In this document: positions 27,478 to 35,184 of the stretch, piece by piece | How the letters are laid out: each line of letters opens with the position of its first letter | How positions within the stretch are numbered: the first letter of the stretch is position 1 | Source of the DNA: a virus | Lineage: Duplodnaviria > Caudoviricetes | DNA: 58,486 nt | Reading direction: 5' to 3' (one strand) | IMG/VR virus record: IMGVR_UViG_3300032246_000177 | Coordinates: 1 to 58,486 of that record | Program-made: the position numbers and the translations under genes | The notes under the pieces: generated by a model | Told to the model about the DNA's origin: nothing | Seen by the model: only the letters and a program-made list of their open reading frames with translations | The model's database searches: none

Positions 27478-27650
27478 CAGAAAAAACACCATACGATGAT
27501 TACGCCATGACTCAGCAAGAAGTTGCTGATGTACTTGGAATGAAAAGATCTTATGTTGGTTTTGTAGAAACTAGAGCTAAAGCTAAGTTAAAAGCTGAAT
27601 TAGAAAAGCGTGGTTATAAATTAGAAGATTTTTTAGGAGGAATGGCATGA
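27474..27650 (+). CDS. Small sigma-region-4-like HTH protein (58 aa, not in ORF track)
   Basis: MTQQEVADVLGMKRSYVGFVETRAKAKLK; ATGA overlaps. Confidence 0.65.
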   Translation: MTEKTPYDDYAMTQQEVADVLGMKRSYVGFVETRAKAKLKAELEKRGYKLEDFLGGMA

Positions 27651-27820
27651 GAGATGGTGGCAAAGGGGATTTGCAGAGACCGTTAGGCGTTCCATTACAA
27701 GAGTTTGATAACAACTGGGATGCCATATTTAAAAGGAATAAGAATGAGTTTCACGATACATCAAGCGAACGGATTGAAAGTGATTCAATGGTTCAAAACA
27801 ATAGACGAACTGATAGCTAG
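27647..27820 (+). CDS. Hypothetical protein (57 aa, not in ORF track)
   Basis: MRDGGKGD..RP...FDNNWDAIF; AGGAGG RBS. Confidence 0.6.
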   Translation: MRDGGKGDLQRPLGVPLQEFDNNWDAIFKRNKNEFHDTSSERIESDSMVQNNRRTDS

Positions 27821-27863
27821 TATGTTGGCAAACCCTAAAGACGTATATCACAGGAATAATTAA
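27744..27863 (+). CDS. Hypothetical protein (39 aa, not in ORF track)
   Basis: AAGGA RBS; TAATG overlap with the methyltransferase. Confidence 0.5.
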   Translation: MSFTIHQANGLKVIQWFKTIDELIASMLANPKDVYHRNN

Positions 27864-29392
27864 TGAACTATTTATCAGTATGCTCAGGAGTTGAGGCAGC
27901 CACGGTAGCATGGCATGACCTTGGCTTCAAGCCAATAGCCTTCTCCGAGATTGAGAAGTTCCCATCGGAAGTTTTAAAGCATCACTACCCAACCATCCCC
28001 AATATGGGGGATATGACTAAATATAAAGAATGGAATTTAAATGAGCCAATTAACCTTTTGGTCGGAGGAACTCCCTGCCAATCCTTCTCCGTTGCTGGAC
28101 TTCGCAAAGGTCTCGAAGACCCAAGGGGAAACCTTGCCCTTACCTATGTTGGAATTCTTGACAAGTTTAGACCCAAGTGGTGCATATGGGAAAACGTGCC
28201 AGGTGTCCTTAGTTCGAATGGAGGACGGGATCTTGGTTCCTTCCTTGGGGCGCTGGCAGAACTCGGCTATGGGTTCGCATATCGGGTGCTTGACGCTCAG
28301 TACTTCGGAGTTCCCCAAAGACGCAGACGTATCTTTGTTGTTGGATGTCTTGGAGACTGGGAATCTCCCGCAAAAGTTTTATTTGAGTCCTCTTGCTTGC
28401 TCAGGGATACTCCGCCGAGCAGACAAAAGAGGAAAGAAGTTACCGGATTTACTTCAAGCAGCTTTGGAGGCTACGGCGAAGGAGTTGGGACAGTCAGAGC
28501 AAGCGGAGGAGATCTTGGAGGAGGATCAGAAACCTTAGTAACCTTTGATCGTCAGTCTAGTGGTGAGTATGGTACTCAGCAAGTTGCTAGCACCGTGGCC
28601 GCAAGAGATTACAAAAGCGCATCTGATCTGATCGCTAAAGTTTATGAGACGCATCCAGCAGACTCCCGAATAAAAGAGATGGGCGATGTATCTCAAACAG
28701 TAACATCACGATGGGGTACAGGCGGTGGTAATGTTCCACTCGTTCAATCTATTGCAGTACAAGATGTATCAGGGCGTGAGAAGAAACAGAATGGCAAAGG
28801 CTGGAGCGAGGATGGAGTTAGCTACACAGTAGATACCCACGCTACACAAGGAGTTGCATATGCTTTCGAACCTGGTATAGCCAAACGTGAAGGCGGTGAT
28901 AGTCGTTTTAGCGAGGAACTTTCTCCCACTTTACGCAGAGAGATGGGCGATAACCAAGTTGCAGTCGCTTACTCATTCAATCACTCACAACAATCTATGA
29001 TGGTTGGCGAAAACCTAGCCAGCCCATTAATGAGCCGTGATTATAAAGATCCACAGGCAGTACTGGAGGCTTATAGTCTGCGTGAAGATGCAAAGGCTAA
29101 TAACTTTAGTGCTACACCATTAGAAGTAACGCCAGCATTACAGGCTTTGCGTCCATCAGTTCAATCGCATCATGCTCAGACTTTTGTATCTCAGTCTATG
29201 GCAGTACGCAGACTTACTCCAGTTGAGTGCGAACGTTTACAGGGATTTCCTGATGGCTATACCAACATACCTTGGCGTGGCAAAGATGAATCACCTGATG
29301 GTCAAAGATATAAAGCGATGGGTAATAGCATGGCAGTACCCGTTATGAAGTGGATTGGTAAACGCATTCAGGAGGTAGACAATGAACTTTGA
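27863..29392 (+). CDS. C5 cytosine DNA methyltransferase with long variable region
   Basis: Motif I SVCSG, GGTPCQSFS, ENV, PQRRRR, RRLTPVECERLQGFP and GNS. Confidence 0.92.
   Translation: MNYLSVCSGVEAATVAWHDLGFKPIAFSEIEKFPSEVLKHHYPTIPNMGDMTKYKEWNLNEPINLLVGGTPCQSFSVAGLRKGLEDPRGNLALTYVGILDKFRPKWCIWENVPGVLSSNGGRDLGSFLGALAELGYGFAYRVLDAQYFGVPQRRRRIFVVGCLGDWESPAKVLFESSCLLRDTPPSRQKRKEVTGFTSSSFGGYGEGVGTVRASGGDLGGGSETLVTFDRQSSGEYGTQQVASTVAARDYKSASDLIAKVYETHPADSRIKEMGDVSQTVTSRWGTGGGNVPLVQSIAVQDVSGREKKQNGKGWSEDGVSYTVDTHATQGVAYAFEPGIAKREGGDSRFSEELSPTLRREMGDNQVAVAYSFNHSQQSMMVGENLASPLMSRDYKDPQAVLEAYSLREDAKANNFSATPLEVTPALQALRPSVQSHHAQTFVSQSMAVRRLTPVECERLQGFPDGYTNIPWRGKDESPDGQRYKAMGNSMAVPVMKWIGKRIQEVDNEL
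28041..28538 (+). CDS. Overprinted ORF inside the methyltransferase (M.EcoHK31I beta-like)
   Basis: 165-aa ORF in the +1 frame; LLDVLET..LPQKFYLS...GILRRADKRGKKLP. Confidence 0.6.
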   Translation: MSQLTFWSEELPANPSPLLDFAKVSKTQGETLPLPMLEFLTSLDPSGAYGKTCQVSLVRMEDGILVPSLGRWQNSAMGSHIGCLTLSTSEFPKDADVSLLLDVLETGNLPQKFYLSPLACSGILRRADKRGKKLPDLLQAALEATAKELGQSEQAEEILEEDQKP

Positions 29393-30185
29393 ATCTTTTG
29401 CACATGAACATGGGCTAATCATTGATAGCCTGGTTCACGACCGATGGACTCGTGTCCCGACAGTTGATAAGCCTAATAAAAAGAATGGTTCTTATATCTA
29501 CCGAGGCGATTCGGGCGCAGTAAAGAACTGGGCAGTGCATGAGAAAGCAATCTATTGGAGTGGTAGCTATATTCCAGAGGCTGAGTATCGAAAGCGTGTG
29601 CAGAAGTCTAAGAAAGATTTGCTTGCTAAACAGAACGATGCAGCTGGTAAAGCAGCATGGATACTTGATCGTTGTTTAAAAGCAACACACCCATACTTAG
29701 CTAAGAAGGGTTTTTCTGATGTCAAAGACTTGGTATGGAATAACTTGCTCGTCATACCTATGCGTATGGAAGGTAGATTGATTGGTTGTCAGTTGATTGA
29801 CCCCGAAGGTTCTAAAAGATTTCTTTCTGGTCAGCGCACCAAAGGCGCATCGTGCGAGATCAACAACAAAGGGCGCATCATTCTTGTAGAAGGCTACGCT
29901 ACCGCCCTATCTATTAGAAAGGCTCTTAAAGCCGTTCGCACTAGATACAATATCCAAGTATGCTTTTCTGCTGGAAACATCGCAGAGGTGGCAAAGAATC
30001 ATCCTGACTGCATGATAGTAGCGGATCACGATCCTGTGGGCATCAAGGCAGCCAAGAAAACAGGAATGCCATACTGGGTTTCTCCTGTAGAGGGTGAAGA
30101 CTTCAATGATTTTGAAACTAGGGTTGGCGCTGAGGCCGCTGGCAAATCGCTTATTGCAATAGGTCGGAAGGTGATTCCTGAGTAA
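29382..30185 (+). CDS. Toprim primase (TraC/P4-alpha-like)
   Basis: HPYLAKKG, VEGYATALS, ADHD and DFND motifs. Confidence 0.85.
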   Translation: MNFESFAHEHGLIIDSLVHDRWTRVPTVDKPNKKNGSYIYRGDSGAVKNWAVHEKAIYWSGSYIPEAEYRKRVQKSKKDLLAKQNDAAGKAAWILDRCLKATHPYLAKKGFSDVKDLVWNNLLVIPMRMEGRLIGCQLIDPEGSKRFLSGQRTKGASCEINNKGRIILVEGYATALSIRKALKAVRTRYNIQVCFSAGNIAEVAKNHPDCMIVADHDPVGIKAAKKTGMPYWVSPVEGEDFNDFETRVGAEAAGKSLIAIGRKVIPE

Positions 30186-30345
30186 ACTCGTTGTTCTTGA
30201 CGAAGACGCAGTTGTTAACTTCCCATAAGTTGTTAACGATTGCGTTTCCGATAAGGAATGATTGACCAGGTTCTCCGACTAACTCCATTACAACTTCAAC
30301 CTTGCCATTCTTCCCATCTTTTAGATAAAGGATTACTGCGTCCAT
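30151..30345 (-). CDS. Hypothetical protein
   Basis: Last ORF of the leftward early operon. Confidence 0.55.
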   Translation of the reverse strand: MDAVILYLKDGKNGKVEVVMELVGEPGQSFLIGNAIVNNLWEVNNCVFVKNNEFTQESPSDLLQ

Positions 30346-30521
30346 ATAAGTCGAATAGCCTTATGCTCTGTAAAATAATCCGGAAAAGCCTCAACAAGTA
30401 TCTTGAGGTTGTCGGGGTCAGCTAAAAGGGCAGCCTTGCCTAATGATACCGCAAAACCGCCCTTGTTTTCTAGCCTATCGACCGCTTGAATGAGTGCGGT
30501 TCGATCTGTTAATACCCTCAT
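30333..30521 (-). CDS. Hypothetical protein
   Basis: GGFAVSLGKAALLADPDN...AFP. Confidence 0.6.
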   Translation of the reverse strand: MRVLTDRTALIQAVDRLENKGGFAVSLGKAALLADPDNLKILVEAFPDYFTEHKAIRLIWTQ

Positions 30522-30578
30522 GCTAGGCACAAGGCTACTGCCATAAGTCCAAATAATACTGCACAAATTAGGTCATCT

Positions 30579-30770
30579 CTAGTCATGTTCAATTCCTATC
30601 CCGTGGGCATGTTCAATCCGCCTAACAAATTCAATAAGCGGACTGATGGTTTTTTGTGAGCAGACATCAAAGTAAATCTGCTCGATCTCTTTGTTTGTCA
30701 AAGGACTGGTAGGCTGGATCTTCTCCAGCTTAGCCAGTTCCTTAAAAAACTCCTTTTCGTTACTCATCAT
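30579..30770 (-). CDS. Hypothetical protein
   Basis: LTNKEI...FVRRIEHAHGI. Confidence 0.55.
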   Translation of the reverse strand: MMSNEKEFFKELAKLEKIQPTSPLTNKEIEQIYFDVCSQKTISPLIEFVRRIEHAHGIGIEHD

Positions 30771-30945
30771 CACCGTCTTCTTCAGCCTCAATGTCAGTGA
30801 CCTCAGTATATTCCCTCAAATCCCCGATGTCATTCTGAAATTCATCATAGGCCGCCCCTTCAGCCTCCTCATAATCGGGAGCGGTAACAAAGTAAGTATT
30901 AGTTCCACTGTAGTGGATCTTTACTGCATATCTTTTCATTCTCAT
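30760..30945 (-). CDS. Acidic hypothetical protein
   Basis: Coupled ORF. Confidence 0.55.
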   Translation of the reverse strand: MRMKRYAVKIHYSGTNTYFVTAPDYEEAEGAAYDEFQNDIGDLREYTEVTDIEAEEDGDDE

Positions 30946-31094
30946 AATTCGTATCCTATTAGTTTTCCTGTATCCACTTTATAGTTGTGGGCTAGTTCAT
31001 CCATGAATCTAGACAGTTCATCTGCCATGTCGCAATCGTCATCTAGAATTTCAAAGATTCGTTCGTAAACATATTTAGTTGATATTGTGCTCAT
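30942..31094 (-). CDS. Hypothetical protein
   Basis: Likely start MSTIST (ATGA overlap). Confidence 0.5.
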   Translation of the reverse strand: MSTISTKYVYERIFEILDDDCDMADELSRFMDELAHNYKVDTGKLIGYEL

Positions 31095-31318
31095 GCTTTC
31101 CCCTCTAGTCGTTGTGATGTCGTTGATGAATTGGTCAAAACCCCATAGCCAGTTTTCTTGCATAACTCCTCCTCTTTTTTTAAAGCATACTGTAAGTTCT
31201 TGTTTAAAATCTCTAGGTCTATACCCTGACATACCCTAATTCTTTCTTGTAGGCAAGCAATAGACTCCTTTACATCCATCAGATGATTTAGCCTTTTGCT
31301 CTTAGCTCTTTTGCTCAT
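31091..31318 (-). CDS. Hypothetical protein
   Basis: AAGGGA RBS. Confidence 0.5.
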   Translation of the reverse strand: MSKRAKSKRLNHLMDVKESIACLQERIRVCQGIDLEILNKNLQYALKKEEELCKKTGYGVLTNSSTTSQRLEGKA

Positions 31319-31368
31319 ATTCCCTTTCTAGTTTTGGTTAAAAAATAGCCTGTTACTCTTAGCAATCC

Positions 31369-31439
31369 TGGTTTTTTGTGAAAAAACCAAACATCACTCC
31401 AAAAAGCCCGTTTTAAAAGGCTTTTCAGAGTTGCGTTTG
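31369..31439 (-). other. Tandem intergenic hairpins (processing site or terminator)
   Basis: Minus strand: CAAAC..ACTCTGAAAAGCC/GGCTTTTTGGAGT..GTTTG, then TGGTTTTTT/AAAAAACCA. Confidence 0.5.
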
Positions 31440-31730
31440 TTAAATCTCGAAAGTTATTGAGTCGCTATCGAATGGAATTTTTTTATCTCCAACGATGACA
31501 AACCAAGAATAGTCTTTCTGAACTACTCCAAAGCGACTGGCTGCGTAGGTGTTTGCAAATTGATTCATGCGTAGTTTTGTAGTTCTTGACTTCCAACCGC
31601 CCGTTTTAAGGGTGATTACATTACCCAATTGAGAGGCAACCTCAGTCCCTCTATAAATACCCACTAAAGCCCCGTCATGATTGCGGATAGTTGTAGTCTC
31701 TACACCTCTGAAAATTTGAGTTTGTGCCAT
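31440..31730 (-). CDS. Hypothetical early protein
   Basis: LKTGGWKSRTTKLRMNQ...QKDYSWFV; start MAQTQ. Confidence 0.65.
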   Translation of the reverse strand: MAQTQIFRGVETTTIRNHDGALVGIYRGTEVASQLGNVITLKTGGWKSRTTKLRMNQFANTYAASRFGVVQKDYSWFVIVGDKKIPFDSDSITFEI

Positions 31731-31732
31731 GT

Positions 31733-31888
31733 TTATGCCTCTTTTGGTTGGTTTGATTGAATAAAAGCCTCGCAACACCGCTTTAGGATGTCGTTTGCCT
31801 CGTCCAAGGGAAGATATCCCTCGTCAAATTGCTCGTAGATGTCATTGACTGAGCAAAATAGATCGTCAATTGTGAATGGTTCGCTCAT
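31733..31888 (-). CDS. Hypothetical protein (51 aa, not in ORF track)
   Basis: GGAGGAAGT-ATG start; MSEPFTIDDLF. Confidence 0.6.
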   Translation of the reverse strand: MSEPFTIDDLFCSVNDIYEQFDEGYLPLDEANDILKRCCEAFIQSNQPKEA

Positions 31889-32046
31889 ACTTCCTCCGAT
31901 TCTTCTACCCATGAACGGATGTCTTCTTGCAGTTGTTCAACTCTGTAAATTCCATTGGCGATATCTTGGAGCATATCTATAAACTCAAAGCGAGAAAAAT
32001 CGCTCCCTAACCATGCCTCTACCTGATTAAATGTAATTGGTTTCAT
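31885..32046 (-). CDS. Hypothetical protein
   Basis: GGAGGAAGT-ATG start; lies just 3' of the hammerhead cleavage site. Confidence 0.65.
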   Translation of the reverse strand: MKPITFNQVEAWLGSDFSRFEFIDMLQDIANGIYRVEQLQEDIRSWVEESEEV

Positions 32047-32063
32047 ACTTCCTCCTTTTGTTT

Positions 32064-32114
32064 GCAAATGACCCCTTTCGGGGTTTCGGGTATTAAACCC
32101 ATCCTCAGATTTGC
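32064..32114 (-). ncRNA. Type I hammerhead ribozyme
   Basis: GCAAAU-CUGAGGA-U-GGGU(UUAAU)ACCC-GAAA-CCCC(GAAA)GGGG-UC^AUUUGC: full catalytic core and three perfect stems. Confidence 0.9.
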
Positions 32115-32287
32115 TTTTTTAACAACTTGTCCCATATAGAATCTAACAAAGCCTCCTTTTCTATTTCGGTAAATGCGTTGGAAACATCCACTCCAAGATT
32201 CAAATAGATGTAGTCATAAGCCTTTGTGAGTGCATCTACTGCAATCTTTTCTACTGCCTCGTTGGTTGGTTCGTGCCAATTTTTCAT
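32105..32287 (-). CDS. Hypothetical protein
   Basis: Its TGA stop is part of the ribozyme CUGA core. Confidence 0.6.
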   Translation of the reverse strand: MKNWHEPTNEAVEKIAVDALTKAYDYIYLNLGVDVSNAFTEIEKEALLDSIWDKLLKKQI

Positions 32288-32508
32288 GCTATCTCCTTGA
32301 TTGGTTCTCTATCCCTTAAACACTCGCCCGAATTGATCTCCTGAACTCGTATATCAGCCCATTGCTCAAACCATTTCGGCTCAAGGTTGTAAGCCTTTGC
32401 GTGTGCCTTAAGTCCCTTGTGGAGCGTTCCTATAGCCTCGTTGTAAGTTGCTCCGATGGCTTGAAAATCAAAACTCCGACTATGTGCCTCTGCGTAGTAG
32501 ATCTTCAT
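32284..32508 (-). CDS. Hypothetical early protein
   Basis: GGAGG RBS; ATGA coupling. Confidence 0.65.
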   Translation of the reverse strand: MKIYYAEAHSRSFDFQAIGATYNEAIGTLHKGLKAHAKAYNLEPKWFEQWADIRVQEINSGECLRDREPIKEIA

Positions 32509-32705
32509 ACCTCCTCCTTATTGAATTGAATCTCTGCCGATACATAAGCCTTGATCATCTCAAGAATTTCTTCCCCATTCTGCCATTCCATGTCGAAGAA
32601 CTGAGAGGCAACATCGCCATTAGTTATCTTCAATTGGTTTTGAACCGATAAGCACATATCGGATAAGGCTTGCTCTGCGATTTGTTGAATTTGTTCTTTG
32701 TTCAT
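32505..32705 (-). CDS. Hypothetical early protein
   Basis: GGAGG RBS; ATGA coupling. Confidence 0.65.
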   Translation of the reverse strand: MNKEQIQQIAEQALSDMCLSVQNQLKITNGDVASQFFDMEWQNGEEILEMIKAYVSAEIQFNKEEV

Positions 32706-32935
32706 ACTTCCTCCGTTGTTAAATCAATCTCAAATGAATCAATCATTTCGCCCCACATACATTCTTCTTCGTTTCCGTCATAAATACCCACAAGCATATC
32801 TATATCAAAACGGTGATCACATCCACCACCGCAAGTAATGACGATGTATTGACCTGTAGGCAATTTTTTAACCCAAGCGGTGCAATTACCCCCTGTGTGT
32901 TCAATGTAAAAACCCTGTTCTTTTAAGTCTTTCAT
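32702..32935 (-). CDS. Hypothetical early protein
   Basis: HTGGNCTA motif. Confidence 0.65.
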   Translation of the reverse strand: MKDLKEQGFYIEHTGGNCTAWVKKLPTGQYIVITCGGGCDHRFDIDMLVGIYDGNEEECMWGEMIDSFEIDLTTEEV

Positions 32936-33231
32936 GCTTGCTCCTTGGTTAGGTTGTTAGCCTTGATATAGGCTAGAACTTCGTTTAAATCGTCCGACTC
33001 CATTAAGTGATCAGAATCACCATACTCACCAACTACTAAAACAAACTGCTTTCCTCCGCACTCCCTTTCTTCGGGGTTTGATTCTTGAAACCAAATGCGG
33101 AGCATCTTCTCTCCTCCTAATGGATAGTCTAAGGATGGGCAAGAGTCGTTATGCCATGAGTTGTCCTCCCAACCTTTGCCCAAATCAGGAAGGTTATAGG
33201 CAAAATCGGGGAATTCGTTTTTATAAGTCAT
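32932..33231 (-). CDS. Hypothetical early protein
   Basis: EFPDF...DNSWHNDSCPS motif. Confidence 0.7.
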   Translation of the reverse strand: MTYKNEFPDFAYNLPDLGKGWEDNSWHNDSCPSLDYPLGGEKMLRIWFQESNPEERECGGKQFVLVVGEYGDSDHLMESDDLNEVLAYIKANNLTKEQA

Positions 33232-33240
33232 ACTTCCTCC

Positions 33241-33552
33241 TTAAATCCACTCGTGGCGAAATTGTTTATTGGGATTAACGGCTCTTAAAATGTTGTGGAC
33301 AATATGAAAACCCATATCCATTCCACATCCACGAACGACAAGCCCGTTGTGTTTGCCTTGCTTAAGTCCTAACGCTTTTCCAACCAACCAATCAAGGTGA
33401 ATGATTCTTCCAGCATCAATCATTTTTATGCTGATCTCTCTTTGCATACCCGATGAAGATACATGGCGGATAACTGTGTAAATGGTATCGCTTTGGATAT
33501 CACGCAAAATGTTATCCAACTCGACTCTTGCTTGCTCTTGTTCTTTTTTCAT
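33241..33552 (-). CDS. Hypothetical early protein
   Basis: RHVSSSGMQR...GCGMDMGFH motif. Confidence 0.7.
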   Translation of the reverse strand: MKKEQEQARVELDNILRDIQSDTIYTVIRHVSSSGMQREISIKMIDAGRIIHLDWLVGKALGLKQGKHNGLVVRGCGMDMGFHIVHNILRAVNPNKQFRHEWI

Positions 33553-33561
33553 AAATTCCTC

Positions 33562-33648
33562 TTATATTTGAATGAATGCAAACACCAAAGCGGTGATAGT
33601 GCATAGGGATACAACTGCTACAAACTGAATAAAATCTTTATCTTCCAT
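33562..33648 (-). CDS. Small single-TM peptide (28 aa, not in ORF track)
   Basis: AGAGGAG RBS; MEDKDFIQFVAVVSLCTITALVFAFIQI. Confidence 0.55.
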   Translation of the reverse strand: MEDKDFIQFVAVVSLCTITALVFAFIQI

Positions 33649-33693
33649 AACTTCTCCTCTTTTGCAATACATTAAAAAAAACTACATATTGAG

Positions 33694-33723
33694 ATACTAC
33701 ACCCAAACCATAGTCGAGTGCAA
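33694..33723 (-). promoter_or_regulatory. Sigma70 promoter of the early operon
   Basis: TTGCAC-18-TAGTAT on the minus strand. Confidence 0.6.
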
Positions 33724-33764
33724 ATCCCGACTAAAGTTTGGGGTTATTACTCAAAGGCCCCAAG

Positions 33765-33929
33765 CTATTCGCCCGACTCCTTTTGCCCAAATAAAGCCTT
33801 GACGATGCAATCAGCCAAGACTAACTGGCTCTTAGTAGGTAACTCAGGGAAGTAGTCAACTACATAGGCATAAGCCATCTTTAAGCGGATCTCTGAGCGG
33901 TCTTCTATTACTGTTGTTTGTGTATCCAA
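33765..33929 (-). CDS. Hypothetical protein (54 aa, TTG start, not in ORF track)
   Basis: GGAG upstream; MDTQTTVIEDRSEIRLK. Confidence 0.4.
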   Translation of the reverse strand: MDTQTTVIEDRSEIRLKMAYAYVVDYFPELPTKSQLVLADCIVKALFGQKESGE

Positions 33930-34234
33930 GATGTTTAATCTCCATTAGGTTTAAAAAGTGCTACATACATAAGACGATCGACTGTCCAAAAACTTAGGGC
34001 AATTCATCCTCTTATCTATAAAGACGAGAGAGAAAGCAAAAAGTGAGGGTCAATTAAAAATATATTTTTTGGCGGTTTTCCAGGATTCCGGAGGTTTGCT
34101 GCCTCAAACGAAAAAGCCCGATAGCCTTATAGGAGAACGGCTTAGATACTTATGCAGTAGGAGAGAACACAGAGCATAGGAGACTTACTTAGGTATGAGA
34201 GTCCACAGAAAAACAAAGCATCGCCTTTTAAGCA

Positions 34235-34265
34235 CTGTATACATATACAGTCTTTATGCTATCAT
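34235..34265 (+). promoter_or_regulatory. LexA box overlapping an extended -10 promoter upstream of terS
   Basis: CTGTATACATATACAG (34235-34250), then TG-C-TATCAT (34257-34265). Confidence 0.7.
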
Positions 34266-34294
34266 TATCCCAATACCAAATAAATACCCAATCA

Positions 34295-35074
34295 ATGAAA
34301 CTTCACAGACTAACGAGAAAACAGATCAGAGAGCAATTGGATCAAGTACCGATCACGGAGATTCTCGGAGTACCGAAACGCAATCTAACCCACAAACAAC
34401 AGGAATTTTGTAAGCATATGGCTAAGGGAGAAACAGGTGCAGAGAGTTATCGTAAGGCTTATGGGAGCGAGGGAGCGAAGGCTAGACCGAAGGTCGCTGG
34501 TAATCGTGCATCTAAGTTGAAAGATCGTGAGGTAATACAGAGGGAGATCGAGGCGATTAGGGTAGCTCTGGAGTTCGAGAAATCACATACCACCCAACAA
34601 TTAAGAGCGTTGGTGGTATCTCAGCTTACAAAAGAGGCGTTAGATCCCGATAACAACGCAAACGCTAGGCTCATCGCTCTGCGTAGCTTGGGAACGGTGG
34701 CTGGTGTCGATGCCTTCCAACACATTAGCCAGTCAACAATCATTAAGGATTCAACAGAGAGCCGAGCCGAACTCATGGACAAACTAAAACAAGTCATGGC
34801 GGACAATATGCGGACGATTGATCATGAGCCTGACGATGCGGACGCTCTGCTCGCTCTGATTGCTGGTGGAAAGCCCGACCCCATCGAAAATTCCGAGTAT
34901 TCCGACCCCACCGCAGCCCCATCCCCGTTTGACCAAAATTCGGGTACCGGTAACTTACATAGTATTCCAGACAAACAATCACAAACAAAACAGGGGCTAC
35001 CCCTCGAAAACGAAAGCCATCTGGTAAATTTACCAGATACAGAAGACACCCCCCTAATGAAATCAAACACTTAG
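34295..35074 (+). CDS. terS: Terminase small subunit
   Basis: LTHKQQEFC...AESYRKAY...ASKL HTH; lies upstream of terL. Confidence 0.8.
   Translation: MKLHRLTRKQIREQLDQVPITEILGVPKRNLTHKQQEFCKHMAKGETGAESYRKAYGSEGAKARPKVAGNRASKLKDREVIQREIEAIRVALEFEKSHTTQQLRALVVSQLTKEALDPDNNANARLIALRSLGTVAGVDAFQHISQSTIIKDSTESRAELMDKLKQVMADNMRTIDHEPDDADALLALIAGGKPDPIENSEYSDPTAAPSPFDQNSGTGNLHSIPDKQSQTKQGLPLENESHLVNLPDTEDTPLMKSNT
35019..35038. promoter_or_regulatory. Perfect 20-bp palindrome (CTG-N10-CAG type)
   Basis: ATCTGGTAAATTTACCAGAT; near-identical copy at 24172-24191. Confidence 0.55.
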
Positions 35075-35184
35075 GGGTGGGGGGTATATGAAAAAAAATT
35101 ACAAAGATATGACGCCCGCCGAACGAGCTGCCTTTAGAAAGCACTTGGTAGGAGTTAAAGCTCACCTTAAAAGGTTAGAAGAAA

